In this document: one piece after another, positions 26,454-40,565 of the stretch
Numbering within the stretch: position 1 is the first letter of the stretch
Layout of the letters: every line of letters starts with the position of its first letter
Source: Phoronis australis
Lineage: Eukaryota > Animalia > Phoronida
NCBI GenBank assembly: GCA_002633005.1
Contig: NMRA01000153.1
Span: 146,042-210,041 of the forward strand
Direction of reading: 5' to 3'
Length of the DNA stretch: 64,000 nt
Notes under the pieces: model-generated
Databases searched by the model: none
What the model saw: the letters and a program-made list of their open reading frames with translations, nothing else
Told to the model about the DNA's origin: nothing
Translations under genes and position numbers: made by a program

Positions 26454-27172
26454 GTTATTCGCCCCCTCTGGTGGTAAAGCTGAAACATGACGTCATGCTG
26501 ATAGAAATCCGACATTGTTGACCTCAGATTCCATGAGCATTGGTGAAAATAGTACGATCCATTTTGGAAAGACACACATTTTACTTCCAAATATTGGTCA
26601 AACGGCGCAAAGTATGAGGAATGGTTATGAAATGAGTTTAGTGTCGCTTTCTGATTTGCTTTTTGTGGCTTGAATTCAACGAAATTTCAGATGAAACATT
26701 GAGCTAAACTGTTGAAAATGCGGGAGAAATGACATCTCTCAGTCTCAGCGACTATAGTAGTAGATTTGTCATGATTCTCATCTTGGATTGTCCACTTGTC
26801 ATTTTCAAGCTTCATTATTTTCACTACATTTTTTTAAATTGATGTAATCTGAAGTTGCCATCGCAGTAGCTACCAATCCTTGTATTACTGGCATTACTGA
26901 TCGATAAGTGTCACTTTCAACAATTTGTGTGAAATCTGTGAATTATTAACAATGCAGACGTATGTAGATTCTAACATAAGCATCGTGCTGTATTCACGAA
27001 CCAGATAACAAAAATAGAACAACTTACCTGAGCAAGAATGACGTGACTTATTCGTTTGCTAGGTTTAATGTTATGATATCTGTAGGACGCTTGAATTTTT
27101 TAGCAGAATGATGTCATCATGCGCGAAAGGACGAGTGCGCATATAGCTCAATCACCAGAGGGGGTGATTAAC
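26454..27172. mobile_element. MITE
   Basis: TIRs GTTATTCGCCCCCTCTGGTG / CACCAGAGGGGGTGATTAAC. Confidence 0.7.
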
Positions 27173-27184
27173 CATTTAACTGTA

Positions 27185-27629
27185 TAGCCGCATTTACACG
27201 GAAATCGACGGGAGACATCTGTCACGAAGCAGCTACACGGAACACCTGACCAAGTGCAAGTGTGTGTGTAAACACAACTGACGCGGAGCAAGTTGACATC
27301 GCAGCAGCCATTTTTGACACCGGTTTGAGAGGTAGAGCGAATTGCACTCGATCAGTTGCTCCCAACTATACATCTAAACACAACTGGAGCAGAGCGGAAA
27401 GGGATCATAGTTCAATACGCTTCTGCGATAGCATATATACAAGTGATCCACTGGCATTCCACATGGTTTGGACATTCGCTGTTTATGCAAACATGCGCAG
27501 ACAGTCTTTGTGTAAATGACTCATGCCGACCCAGTTTACAATCTAATGTCATGTAAATACGACTAAAGTGGAGCAAGTCACTCTGTGACAACTCGCGTCG
27601 TGACTACTCTTCCCTGTGTAAAAACAGCT
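27185..27629. mobile_element. Probable degenerate Harbinger-type MITE
   Basis: AGCCGCATTTACACGG ... CTGTGTAAAAACAGCT imperfect TIRs. Confidence 0.45.
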
Positions 27630-27902
27630 TATGAGTAAGCGAAACTTGTACTTGCACCAGAAAGAGGCAGTTTCTAGGATTTTCTAGTAATTATCTACTT
27701 CCACAGTATACTTATAGAGCTCTTTCCTCTGGAAACTTATGAGTAGGATATTTATTCTTATAACTTGGGCACTTGACACTAGTTGTAAGTTTGTCAAGTG
27801 GGATCTCAGACATTCTTGCTGATTTGTCAATTTCAGTTAAGGCGCTGACAAATCTCTTGTTGTCTCAATATTGAATGTGCTGTGATTAACCTGTAAGGTA
27901 AT

Positions 27903-28289
27903 CAAGGTACCTTAACTACACGGTCAACGACTCACGGACCTGCAAACACCATCCACTGACTCACAAACACGGGAACGGACTCACAAAACACGATCCTCGC
28001 ACCCAAATACACGGGACACGGACTCATATTCACGAGGAAACACGGTTAACGGACCGCCAAACACGATTCATGGACAAAATGAAGATGTCAGCTGTCATCT
28101 TCATTTTGTCCGTGACCCGTGTTTTGCGTCCGTTAACCGTGTTTCCTTGTGAATATGATTTGGGTGCATGGATCGTGTTTTGTGAGTCCGTTCCCGTATT
28201 TGTGAGTCAGTGGACGGTGTTTGCAGGTCGTGTTTATGCGTCCGTGCCCGTGTTTGTGAGTCCGTTGATCGTGTAGTTTAGGTACCTTG
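27903..28289. mobile_element. Palindromic foldback MITE with 5-bp TSD GTAAT
   Basis: CAAGGTACCT.AACTACACG.TCAACG ends; arms stay complementary to the centre GACAAAATGAAGATGTCAGCTGTCATCTTCATTTTGTC; GTAAT on both flanks. Confidence 0.9.
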
Positions 28290-28760
28290 GTAATTGAACT
28301 TGGGATGTGTTGATGGTGCTCAACCAAGAATCAACCAAATTAGTGCTATCTTGTTTTCAAGTTCTGCCCGACATTAGACACTTTCTTAAAAAGTTCTAAG
28401 CGTTCACAAAGTTAGAAGATAAATGAACTGATGTGAATTTTGGCAATTACTTTAATCTGGTGTTATTGTTTTAAAAATGGCAAAAACATAATTTCTGTGG
28501 AATGGAAGGTATTCGTGTTTTTGAAATTGGAAATTGACAACCATGAGTGTTTTCTGTGTATGATAATCTTGATTTCTGAAACTGCTGGTGCTGTTTTAAG
28601 TATGAGTGGAGCAAATTTAAAAATTTAAATGTTTGTTGTTGTTTTTGTGCTCAAAATATTGAACTGTGCTCCACTGGGATTCTGCCTTAGTGTACCATTT
28701 GATATTATGATTTTTAATTCTACGCATTAGGATTCATCTTCATCTCAGTTTTTCGTTCAA

Positions 28761-29158
28761 TTTCACCAAATGTTACTCTACAAGGTTGTGTTTCTTATAA
28801 TATTTGTCATCATTGTTAAATCTTTCACCAAATGTTACTCTACAAGGCTGTGTTTCTTATAATATTTGTCATCATTGTTAAATCTTTCACCAAATGTTAC
28901 TCTACAAGGTTGTGTTTCTTATAATATTTGTCATCATTGGTAAATCTTTCACCACCACCTCAACTGCGGTTGTCATCATTATCATTGTAATTATTTTTAT
29001 CATGTTATCATTCAATTTCACCAAATGTTACTCTACAAGGTTGTGTTTCTTATAATATTTGTCATCATTGGTAAATCTTTCACCACCACCTCAACTGCGG
29101 TTGTCATCATTATCATTGTAATTATTTTTATCATGTTATCATTCAATTTCACCAAATG
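28761..29158. repeat. ~62-bp minisatellite with a ~130-bp higher-order duplication
   Basis: TTTCACCAAATGTTACTCTACAAGGTTGTGTTTCTTATAATATTTGTCATCATTG occurs 4 times; the last two units carry an identical extension. Confidence 0.9.
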
Positions 29159-29311
29159 TGTGTTTTTGTAATTCATCATCATTATCTTTATCATCGTCAT
29201 TGTCATCATTACTGTTTATCATTCAGTTTCGCCAAGTATCGCTCTTTGTCATGCTTTCCTTTATTGGTTTTGTGACCCACTTCAAGTCATTGACCCACTT
29301 TCCAAAGGTCT

Positions 29312-29685
29312 CATCTCCTGACCCTTCCCCCAGCTCCATTCAAGGCTCAGTCACTATGTATCTCTCGTCTCCTAACCCTTCCCCCAGCTCCATTCAAAGC
29401 TCATTCACTATATTTCTCTCTCTTCTCCTGACCCTTCCTACAGCTCCATCCAAGGCTGAGTCACTATATTTCTCTTTTCTCCTGACCCTTCATCCAGCTC
29501 CATTTGAGGCTGAGTCACTATATCCCTCTGGTCTCTTGACCCTTCCTCCAATTCCATTCACAACTCAGTCACAATATCTCTCTGGTCTTCTGACCCTTCA
29601 GCTCCATTCAAGGTTGAGTCATTATATCTCTCTGGTCTCCTAACCCTTCCTGGAGCTCCATTCAAGGCTGAGTCACTATATCTCT
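29312..29685. repeat. ~58-bp pyrimidine-rich minisatellite, 6-7 diverged copies
   Basis: CTCCTGACCCTTCC..CAGCTCCATTCAAGGCTGAGTCACTATATCTCT repeated. Confidence 0.9.
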
Positions 29686-32600
29686 GCTTACAAATTATCT
29701 TACAACAGTAATTTGTACACTTAATGAATCACAATCTACTGAATGCCATCTGAATCAAACATGAGCCAGAGGCTGTGTGGGGACTTGTGCTTAAGCTAGC
29801 AGCTGTTCGTAAAATAACATGGCTGCCAATCTAATTACAAACTTGTTTTCAGTAATGATAGTTCGTTTATATGTACACAAAGGTTGTAGGGTGCTTAAAT
29901 TTCAAATTGTGCCCCTTCTGGTCCTCTACAACACTTGTTGTTGCCGTTCATCTCATCCTGTGGCTATCTAAAACTTTTGTTAAATTTTCTAAAAACACAG
30001 TCACGTGACCCTATTTATGGCACATTGGTATAAAGTGAAAAATCAGATTCCACAGGCTTTCCACTTTCGAATATCTATACGTTTACCAAGTTAAAATTTA
30101 TACTTTTGAAGAAAATTCTCTTGATACACATATTGTAAAATCGTCATTTTCTGTTTTTGCAGAATGCCAACATGATCCAATGTTTTGCGATTGTCATGAC
30201 TGCTCTGCAACATAAGTCATCCTAGCTATGATTTTTAATGTTAATTTTCCTGGAAATTTAGAGTGCATTCTGTGTGTTTGGTAAGGTATTGGTATTCGCA
30301 TCAAAACGAGTCGAACCCCTGAATCTTATGGCAAACCTTGATAATTCGAGTCATCTCTTGTAAACTGGGTCAAAGTCATTTTGCGAATATCTGTAGGCTA
30401 TCCCCTCAAAACCATTAACTCTGTTTTTTGGAGTGTGACAAATGTCAGCCCTGCTGTTTTGGTCAGTTTTGTGATCTTCAAGATAACACTTGAGTTGAGT
30501 TCAGAGTAGAATTTCGTATTCACTAGAGTCTTGGTTAAGGAAACTAATGCGATCATTAGCTTTGCTCGTTATACATGAGGATATCATGTGAATTTTTGTG
30601 TGTTCTTGCGTTTCCACGAAATTCTGGCCTCTACAGAACGTACGGCAAGTCTGCTTTGGCCTACTTCAGGACAACAGTCAGTTATGACATGCCCACATTT
30701 TGAGAATCAGTTTGATTCGCATTATTCAGTAGAGAAAACTGGTTCTCAAAATGTGGGCACGTTATATTCGACTGTTACCCACTTGAGTACACATCCTGTG
30801 GGGGTGATGCACAGAGCTTGTGTTCATTATCCACCTGTGGTACAGTTTGGCCAAGGATATTTTACTTTGGTTTTGGGTCAGACACAATGCACTTAACTAA
30901 TAATTGCATACTTCATTTGTTTTGACTCACTAATGGACTGTAGATCTTCACTCAGCAGTTATGTCAAAAGTTGCAGCTGGTTCCAGTTCAGTTAACACTT
31001 GCTTCTCACTATAGTAAGTGGTCACCTGGTTTTATTGGTTATAGGTGTGGTAAAATCTGGGTGCATTAGTTAAAAGATAGTAGATTCCACAGATGTTGGC
31101 AGGCTGCCGAACAGTTTTGTCGAATAAAATTTTCAGAAAAACATTGCTTTGTTCCACCTTCTTTGTTGTTCTGACACATATCTAACCTGTTCTATTCTCG
31201 TGGCCTTCACAGGTAACCACATTCCAAAATTATTGAAATTTGTCATTTAATATAATGCCACTTAAAAATGCACAGCAGACAATCATCGCCATCTATGCAT
31301 ACCCCTTGACCCTCATGTGCATGTAAATTAGTTCCATTCAAGTCTCCCAGTCACTTGGCATGTTCCACATCCAAAAGTCGTATATGCATGCTGATGTACT
31401 TTACAGTGGTCTCATCAATTAGGAGTGGAGTAATCTGGTGGTTAGGAGTACATTGTCGGAATTCAGAATTATCCGTAAGTTTTTGCAAACATACTCCGCA
31501 AAATATCCATTCCATGGTGAAAAGTGCAAGCATTATCCTTTGTAAAGTAGTGCTCCTGCCACAAGTAAGGTTTTGCTTTGCGAAATTTAGGCCAAATTGT
31601 GTTCCACAAGGTTACTAGCTGTATTCGTATCTGTAAGTACTTATTTAACAACAGGTTGTGTGTCTAGGGTGCATGTGTAATGGTGAAATTGGTGTTATCT
31701 TGAAAAGCACTGATAGTCTAAACTTCCTTACTTTGCAGGTTGATAACATGACAATCTGTTTTTTATGTCTAAGTTGGCATACATTGTTTATAACTATACC
31801 GTTTTCATAAAATTGTAATGGCAAGTTCTGTTGCCACAATTTTAGACAGAATCAAAACAGCAAAACCCGAAGGTGACTTTCTTTAACTGATATCGACGAG
31901 ATGATCTTCCATTGCAGTTGTCAAATTGATGCAGATGTTTTCACCATCTCTGAGATACATAAAGATGGGCTTTCCCCCACTCCAATCTTGTTTTCTCTTT
32001 TTCATTTTACCTGTGATTTTATAATTAATATGTTTTACTAGAGGATAAAAGTTCTTATTATACCATTCCAGTTTCTTGCATGGTTTGTGCCATACATGGC
32101 TTTCGATAGTGACTGGCAACAAACCCTGCCCTTGTCCTTCACAACTCTTGATTTATTAACATAAAATAATTCTCTGTACATTTAACTGTACATCGTTTCT
32201 TCCAATTGGTAATCAATATTGAATTAGTATTCATGATGTAAAGACTGTGGCATATTGCTGTCTGTCAGCAAAATTTCATCCCATTGTTACACTGAGTGGC
32301 CTGTGCAATGTGTCTTTTCTACGCATCGTTACACTAAGTGGCCTGTGCATTGTGTCTTCTGTAATTAGCTTGGGATTGTAATTAGCCCTGACCACTTCAG
32401 TATTTTGAGTTGTTTTCAGTTTTGTTTCCAAGCTTTCTGTGTCTTATGACTGAACAACAACTTTGGCACACACTTAACAGAACTTGTTTTTCTAAAGCAA
32501 AGAATAATTCAAATGAACAAAATTTACACTCTGATTCACCTGTGGATTATCGTCATTTTTCAGTGTAAGTTCTCGCACAAAAATGTGATCACCTGCAATT

Positions 32601-34179
32601 CGTCGTTGACGTTTCTTCAATTTACGATTGATATATCCTTTTTGCCACAGCTACTTGGTTTTCCTCTTGTGTACTGTTAGCAGTAGTCTCCACTGTAACC
32701 CTGCTTGACAGCTTGCACTGATATCTGCAATGGCTGTGATACCCTATCAACTTTTTGTAGTGACCTTTTGTTTTCTAATCAGTCTGTTTCCTATGTATTG
32801 CAGTGCAGAACCAACCAGTGTTCTGTAGTGAACTGACTGAATGCCATTTGAGTAAGCTTGGGTAGACATAGTCAGGATCAATATGTCATTCTCGTTGTTA
32901 CCATAGATAGAAATAAAAAAACAGTGATAGCAAGTTGTCTCTGGGGAGGATGAGGCGTCGGAATTAGAAAACAGTTTTTGTTCATTGTTTGCTCTGTAAG
33001 ATCATGTTATAGCCGATACTTCCTCTGGATGAGTTATAGTATTTGGCAGATTGCTAACAAAAATGTTTTCATGTCATACAACTATGATATACATCATGGA
33101 TACTGCTGCTTTTTCACACAACGGACTCTACCTCATGAGGAGGGGGTAATTCCTGTTGTTGAGCTGTTAGTATGTAGTGAGTTTTTGTTGAAATTTTTAA
33201 AAACTGTTTTCTGGAGTTGATTCAGATGGTATTGGTCTACAGGTGATGTTGACGAGGGAGTAACACCAGAAAATAGTTAAAAATGTGGCACCAAAATATT
33301 TTAAAATTACTGGAATTACTGTATAATTCAGAAAAAGAGAGGCCGTTACAATTTTTTTGTGTGGTTTTTATTATGCATATACGTGTGCGATACAGTGGTT
33401 GTTGTAAAATATCACCAGTTGCCAAAATCGCACTTTCGTCATTTTCAAATGCTTCTAAGGTTGTTGTCAATACTGCATTGATTTGGTGCAGCATATCTTC
33501 TGTGACAAAACGAGAAAATAAAATTTTCAGTTTCTGCCCTATTGTGTCCTAAATTGGTGAGATTTTACTGTACTACATCTCAGAGACATAAATCACCAAA
33601 AAGCATGCTTCTCTGAACATGCTTCTCTGAGCTTCTCTGAGCATGCTTCTTCGAGCATCCAAAAGTGACTTCTACTGAAGCCAGAAATTTGATCTTGCCC
33701 TCCAACTTCACAATTACTGTATAAAAGTTAAGCCATTAGCACACCACTGCCCAGAAATAGTTAACATGGAAGGGGAGATACTTGTGAGAACTTGCATTTT
33801 TAGCTAGACACTGGGGTTACTGCACGCTCCCCAGAATTATCGTTTGTGTCTCAGCGGACATTGTCGGACTACCCGGAAACAAGCGTCATGAAACAAAACA
33901 TTCCAGCAAAGGCATCACTCACCAATGTACGTGCCTCGCAAATCGTGACAAATCTTTGGCTTTTCGATTGGCAATATCAGTATCCTGGCTAACACCCTGG
34001 CGGGAAGAACTCCAGTCTAGCGTGAAGTGGGGAGATAAGTTAGGATGGTCGAGCAAAGTTGTCCAAACCAAACTCTTCGCATTGCACTCACGTAATCGAA
34101 CCAACTTTGGTATGCTCACTAGTGCGGTCTTTTTGAGCGTGCTAATTTTAAAACCATACCAACATGAAAGCGCTATGAA

Positions 34180-34478
34180 GAGCGACACTTGGCAAAATTA
34201 ACCGAAAAGACGACGATGGAAGTGATGTCGACAATGACGATGATTATGATAATGAAGGTGGCGAATATGAACAACACCGTAAGATTCATATGGCGAACGT
34301 AGAGGTCAGAATTCAGTAAGAAATAGGTTACAGTCTTGAGCGACACTTGGCGAAATTAACTAAAAAGACGACGACGGAGATGGTGACGGAGATGACGAAT
34401 ATGATGATGATGGTGGTGATGAGGAACAACATCATAACATTCATATGACGAACTTAGATGTCATAAATCAGTAAGAAC
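34180..34478. repeat. Diverged ~158-bp tandem duplication with (GAT/GAC)n acidic-codon-like tract
   Basis: GAGCGACACTTGGC.AAATTAAC..AAA.GACGACGA ... ATTCATATG.CGAAC.TAGA.GTCA...TCAGTAAGAA occurs twice. Confidence 0.8.
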
Positions 34479-36795
34479 CATACCAAGATAAGCATCACCT
34501 CTGTAGGTGGTGGTCAGGTTGTGCATCATAACAGTAGGAATCCTGTACTAGTCTTGTTTCATTTTCACTTGTCCTGAGTCATGCCTCCTGGAAGTGGTAT
34601 CATGTCTGATGTGGGATGGGTTGTTCTGGCTTAAACGGGAACAAATGTGAAGATTTCAAAGTGTACTGCTACTGGTGATTGTAGAGTTTAATTTTTGGAG
34701 GCTTGAGTCTGGTCCGGTGATATACCAACAGGACAGTATATTTGGTGGAGACAGTCATTTTACGATAGCATCAATGGTGCATGTGTTACCCTACCAGTAT
34801 TGTTGTGCTCTAATCTGTTTCTGTGACTTCTAGACAATTGTCTCCATGAGGACACTGTGATAGACATGTACTATTGAGGGGGGTGATCATCTTACCAAAA
34901 ACAAAATAAGTGAGTCTAATTTTCTAAAACTGCAATTCATCACATAATTGATTGAGATGTTTTTAATGCGCAAACATGGTGTGCATCTCCTCAGTGGTTC
35001 CTGTCAAAATAGGACATTTTGTTATGATACAATGCCTGCTATACACTGAATGAGCATCCGTGTCTCATGTTGCACTTCGCTACACTAATTTGCTACTAAT
35101 TATGGGCTAAAATAAGTGCTTAAATTGTTGTTCAATTTTTCAAATGTGGATTATCTTACTGTAAGTGATGTATATTTACCAAGTGTTGTTGTTTTTAACG
35201 TCCACACATTGTAAGTTATGCTAGAAATAGATTAAAATTTTGTTAGTAGTTATTTTTGCGGAGAAATAAACAAAACAGAATTCCTCTGGTTATCCATAGT
35301 ATGTACTAATTACCATATCTCTGACGGAATGTTTTTTCTTTCTTAAATTATGGTGTCCTTTTCATGCTTTTGTAGCTGTCTGTAATTTTTATTGATTTCC
35401 TTTCAAACCAATATAATGATAACAATGTGCAGTCAAACCCAAACATTTTGTTTTCAACGTCATGGATTGTCATAAATCTCGTATATTTTTGATATCGTAA
35501 ATCACCGTCAGTTGTTCTGTAAGCAGCCTGTCCCTGATTGTAAATTTATGTGAACAGAATACTGAGTGATAAGCTTCATTCAGGCTTCTGATTGACTACA
35601 CATTGCCCTTAATCAAACACATACATTTACAGCTTCCTGAAAGTCGGCAAGGAATGGCACACCATATGTTAGTGGCTAGTACAGTCTAGATCAACTCTAC
35701 TTAAGTTTATCCATAGATTCTCATTAGTGATTGATGCACTTGTATTCCCCTGAGGTCTTGGTCTCCACTCCTTTAGTCATTGTTTTCCTGTTGGTCAATG
35801 CTACCAAAGGCGTGTACTAACAGGTCGTTGTTATCTCGGTTTCTTTGTTAAAATAAACATTGTAATGGTTGATTGTGGTTTGCAGGTTCCTGTCTGGTCA
35901 CAGCTGCCACCTATTGTGCAGTATTGATACAAAGTGCTGGAGCTGTACCTACTAAAAATCTAACCAGAAGCGCCTTCTGTTGTTAGATAATATTTGCAGT
36001 CTTGTAACCACATGTGTTGTGTTGTCTAATAATGATAGAAATTGATGTATCTATTTAGTTGTTCACAATAGTGGAGTTAGTTACTGTGCTGAGTTTATAC
36101 CAGTAATTTCCAACATCATTGGGTGTCAATTTGGTTATAGAAAAGAAAACAATGATTTTTGGTTTGCCAATCCAAAAGGAAATCTTAGGATTTAAGTTGG
36201 ATTTGGTTATACTTAAAATATTTCAAACATGCGCCTAAGTGTAAAAAGTGATGACAAATTTTACTCAACTCCTTAAGATATTTGACAATTTTACATCCAA
36301 AAAACGTGTTAAAAATCGTAATATGGGGTATTCTGGAGTAACTGGCTAAACGCAACCTTTTCCAGACAAGTATGGACACAATATAGATAAATAGGTGTGT
36401 GCGAGAGTGTGTCGTGAGTGTGAATGTGTATTCATGTGACCCTTTATAAGTATTTGTGTGACTTGTATTGTAGGACGTTAGATCATCATACCTCCAGAAA
36501 GTGGCTTGTCAGATTCACATGAAATTTTCAGATACCATGCTTTTAACAATTGCTTTAAAAGTGTTCCAGTTATGCATGAGTGGCTATCAACAATAGCGCA
36601 AAATGAAAGCAAAATATTTTAGAACACTATAACAGCATCTTTGAGATATCACCTTGATCATGGTTCGTTATTAATGTACGTTTACTTAGTAAAAAGTCAA
36701 GAGTCAACTTCTACAGGTTTTTTTCTCTCATAACATTAATACTTTTGGTGAGTTAAAAGTTATAGTTTTGTAGATATTTGATAAAATATTGGTCG

Positions 36796-37861
36796 ACATA
36801 TTTATATGTGGACGCATTATGCCGTCATCTCTGTCCGTCCGTCCGGGTGGCGTCCGGCGTCCGCTGCTCTATCTCCAAAACCCTTTGACATACGTTCATG
36901 AAATTTGGCACATATGTTCCATTCATGAATGGGACGGCATGTGTGAACTTTCGGACGGATCCGACTACCGGTGTGCCCCCTAGTGGCAATTTTAATTTTT
37001 TACGCTTACCTTTGTATCTTCACAAGTCCTTAACGGATTTCCATGAAATTTGGTATGTAGGCACCTTTTAGTGAGATGACACTATCCTCCCGTTTTCAGA
37101 TGGATTCAACATAGTTTGCGCCACCTAGTGGCCATTTTTAGTGTTTTCGAGTCTGTATTTTTGCGTCCACCCCTCTATCAATCAAACCGCTCAAAGGATG
37201 ATTGTGAAAATTGCCGTGTATGTGCTTACTATAAGGAAGACAGCTGACAATGATTTTCAGACGATTTGGACTACTGTGGCGCCTCCTAGTGGCAGTTTTT
37301 TTTTTTTGCGCCCATGGCTGTATCTCCCAAACCGTTTGCAGGATCTTTACTAAATTTAGCAAGTGTATTTATGTGATGTTGACAACGGACGATGACGACT
37401 TTAGGATGATTCTGACTACCGGTATGCCTCTAGTGCCAATTTTAGTATTTGCCTCTAGTGGCAATTTTAGTATTTTACATTGACCTCTGTATTTTCATAG
37501 GTCTTCAGGTGTATACTTTGTGTTACTTCGTGACTATGAAGGAAAAATTCCAAGTAGAAATTTGTTTCTGGCATTCTAATGCTGTGCTAATCTCGTATGT
37601 TGGTAAATTTGTTTTTAATTCTATGTTTCTGTGGTGCTTTAAGCAACTGGTGTATAGGATGTGCTTGTATTACGAAGATTACTCACATTTTGCCCCTAGC
37701 CTATTGAGGAGACAATGACCATGCCTTTCCATTTTGCTAAGTACAACATACTACATATATGCCCTCTACTGGCCACTTTATGGTACCAATAAACAACCCT
37801 AGAAGGATATCGTATGCGGTGCAATTGTGGGCGCATTTCAACGCTCTGCGTTGCTCTTGTT
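36796..37861 (+). mobile_element. Helentron-associated element (HINE), copy 2
   Basis: Reverse complement of 1-1440. Has (GTCC)n, tandem subunits, 3' subTIR TGTGGGCGCAT (37826-37836), terminal hairpin CAACGC-TCT-GCGTTG (37839-37853) and a CTTGTT end. Confidence 0.85.
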
Positions 37862-38249
37862 GTAAATGTATTTCTCCCATTTAATGTCCTGTGACACCAA
37901 ACTCATTCTCAGAATGAGCGAGCGTGTGTTAGCGTCTTGGTGAAACAGGATGGGGGTGTACGGAGATGGGGAAGTTTGGCAAAAAATGATCATGAAATTT
38001 GCCTCGGAGCACTTACTCTGATTACCCAAAACTTAGTCGGTACCTTTGCCGTTTCCGTTTATGTATATTGTTCGGAGAACTGCCCTGGTACATGGGGCCC
38101 TCAATAAATATGTTGATAACTATCTGTCAGGTAAGCAAGTGGTGATTTCGGTCACATGAATTCTTTCCACGAGTATTGTGTGGTCAGTTAGGATAGCAAT
38201 TTTAGTGTGGTTGGCCATCACATTCAGAAAGTTTCTGAGAACACTGCTG

Positions 38250-38456
38250 TGAAACATGTTTGATTTTTGTGGTGAGAATACTGCTGTTTTTTTAAACATG
38301 TTTTTATGTTTGACTTTTGTTGTGAGAATTCTGCTGTTTATCAAACATGTTTGGTTTTTGTGCATTGGTGAATACTGCTGTTTTTTGAACATGTTTGATT
38401 TTTGTGTATTGGTGAATACTGCTGTTTTTTTAAACATGTTTGATTTTTATGCATTG
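38250..38456. repeat. ~45-bp minisatellite, interrupted by a hAT-like element
   Basis: AAACATGTTTGATTTTTGTG.ATTGGTGAATACTGCTGTTTTTT x4-5; the unit resumes (CATTGGTGAAT) after 40565. Confidence 0.85.
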
Positions 38457-40565
38457 CAGGGCTCGACGCTATTAAAATCGCCAGGTCGCATTTTGCGACC
38501 TAGCCAAAATCTCAGGTCGCATTTTCAAAATCCAGCTCGCATTCGTAAATGCCAGGTCGCAAAATTTTCCCGCCATTTTTACGCGCCAAAATAGATTTTT
38601 TAGATCATTGAGAAAATGTTTAGATTATGGTCTTACCAGCAGCGTTAAATACTCACAAATTTTGGATCTCAAAATTGACTTCATTCATGCAGGTACGGCC
38701 TTACTAGTCTTCACGACCGCCATTGAAAGACTCTAGAGCGCAAGGCAAGTTGCCGACGTGAAAGTTGAATCAGTGCTCTGACTTGCCGTGCATTCAAATA
38801 GTTAAATTTGCGATGTGAAAAGGGAGGAAATACCAGTTGAAAAAGTATCCGAGATTTTGTTAGATCTGGCCTGCTACTGGCTGCCATCAAAGTCGTTAAC
38901 GATTCAAACTAACTCTGGTAATGGCGAGTTTGCTCCTCATACCTTCCAAGTACGGGAAAAATAGGACAGTCACAAAACGACACGAATGTCACAAGTGTTA
39001 ACTTTCTTTCCGAGGTATAAAACAAAGCCGGGATTTGGTTTTTACATATTTTGAAAAGACGTTTTTGAAAACTGAATTTGTGTAAAATGAAAGTGACACA
39101 CCATATAAGCTGAGTGTCAAATTTAAACCACACGCGGTTGTTTGTAGTGCACTATGATGGGCGCTAGCTTGAACTGTGGGCGCTTAATTGGAAATTCTCA
39201 AAATTTAAGGGGGGACTTTTAATAGATCAGTGAGCGCTTATTATGAAACACTTTAAAGGTAGGGAGTAGGCTTGTGCGTGAGCATAGTCGTTAACCTCAG
39301 TGTTTGCGGTAATAAGATATTAAAACACTGCAATGGTAAGAAACGTTATAATTATACGATTTTGCGAGGCAAACTCCACTACTAATAGGGCTTTCTGGAT
39401 ATCGTTAGCGACCCGGAATGATTTTGTTTTTAACTGCCCGCTTCAGCCGGAATAAGGTTGTTTCTATAGGAGTCTAAACATTTTACGGCAACGGTGGTTC
39501 GGGGAGCGAAAAGTTGCCGGGAGCAGTTCGCTAAGTTGAACCACAATTTCGCATCTAGTGCCAGTTTAGTTGCAATAGCTTGCTACGGGCATAGAATACA
39601 GGGTTTACAGAACATCGACCTCGGGAAACATCGGAATAGGAAAACGTCAGTTCTGGGTTATATCGGTCCCGGGACATTGGGTCTTTTATAACCGCTGGAA
39701 ATCTGAGTTCATTTTCAAATAAACCAGAGCCAAGCCGGTATACTCTTTCATTTAGGACTGTCGCTGTTCTTTGAAGTGGTGCGCACGCGTGAGTTCACGC
39801 ACTTGAATCGCTGGAGTAGGCCTACACTTTACGTTGGCAACAACGTGTGAAAGACAAATCATATTTCGCGCATGTAGCCCCAGAAACAAGTAAAGGGTTG
39901 AGAATTTCTTGGCAACTGAAAGTAAAGACGTGACCGTCATTAATAAGTTTGTCATTTTCACTTTAGCTGTCTTAATACGATAAAAGGCAGAAGCACATCT
40001 CAGTCTACTAATAAGTCACGATTGTCTGCCGGGACCGCAGTGCGATATCAGGGATATTGTCGTGAATATTTGGTACATGTAATAAGGACATCTTATGTAA
40101 AAAATAACCATTTTTGTCCACCACAAAGTTTGGTAAGTTGATCGCTTAAGAATTAGTAGAAACACCGTTGTTTTGTGAAGTTTTATCACGTGTTAAGCAG
40201 TGGCCCGAAACTTTCTTCGGCGAATCCGGGAATTTACAAAAGTGGCCGAAAGTGTTAGCCAATGAAACGCGTCAAAGATCGATTCTGCATATCCCATGTT
40301 CACGCGACTTGCTTACGGGAGGGCTGTTCTCGGTTAGTGTTCTTTTGAACTTGGTATGGGCAACAACCATGCAAATAACGGTCGGATTAACAAGAGCTGC
40401 TTGGTATTTGCCAGGTATCTGTTGAGAAGTGCAAAAACTCAGCTCACATTCGTTGGAAATTCCAGGTCGCATTTTGCGACTTGATACGAGCTGACAAAAA
40501 TCTCAGCTCGCATTTCCAAATTTCAGGTCGCAAATGCGACCTGCAGCTCGTTATGTCGAGCCCTG
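38457..40565. mobile_element. Non-autonomous hAT-like element with 5-bp TSD
   Basis: TIR CAGGGCTCGAC / GTCGAGCCCTG; subterminal CAGGTCGCATTTTGCGAC repeats at both ends; CATTG duplicated on the flanks; no transposase ORF. Confidence 0.85.

Noticed and set aside
29158-29643. 161-aa ORF, the longest in the track
   Set aside because: Read-through of a stop-poor minisatellite; no domain or splice context.
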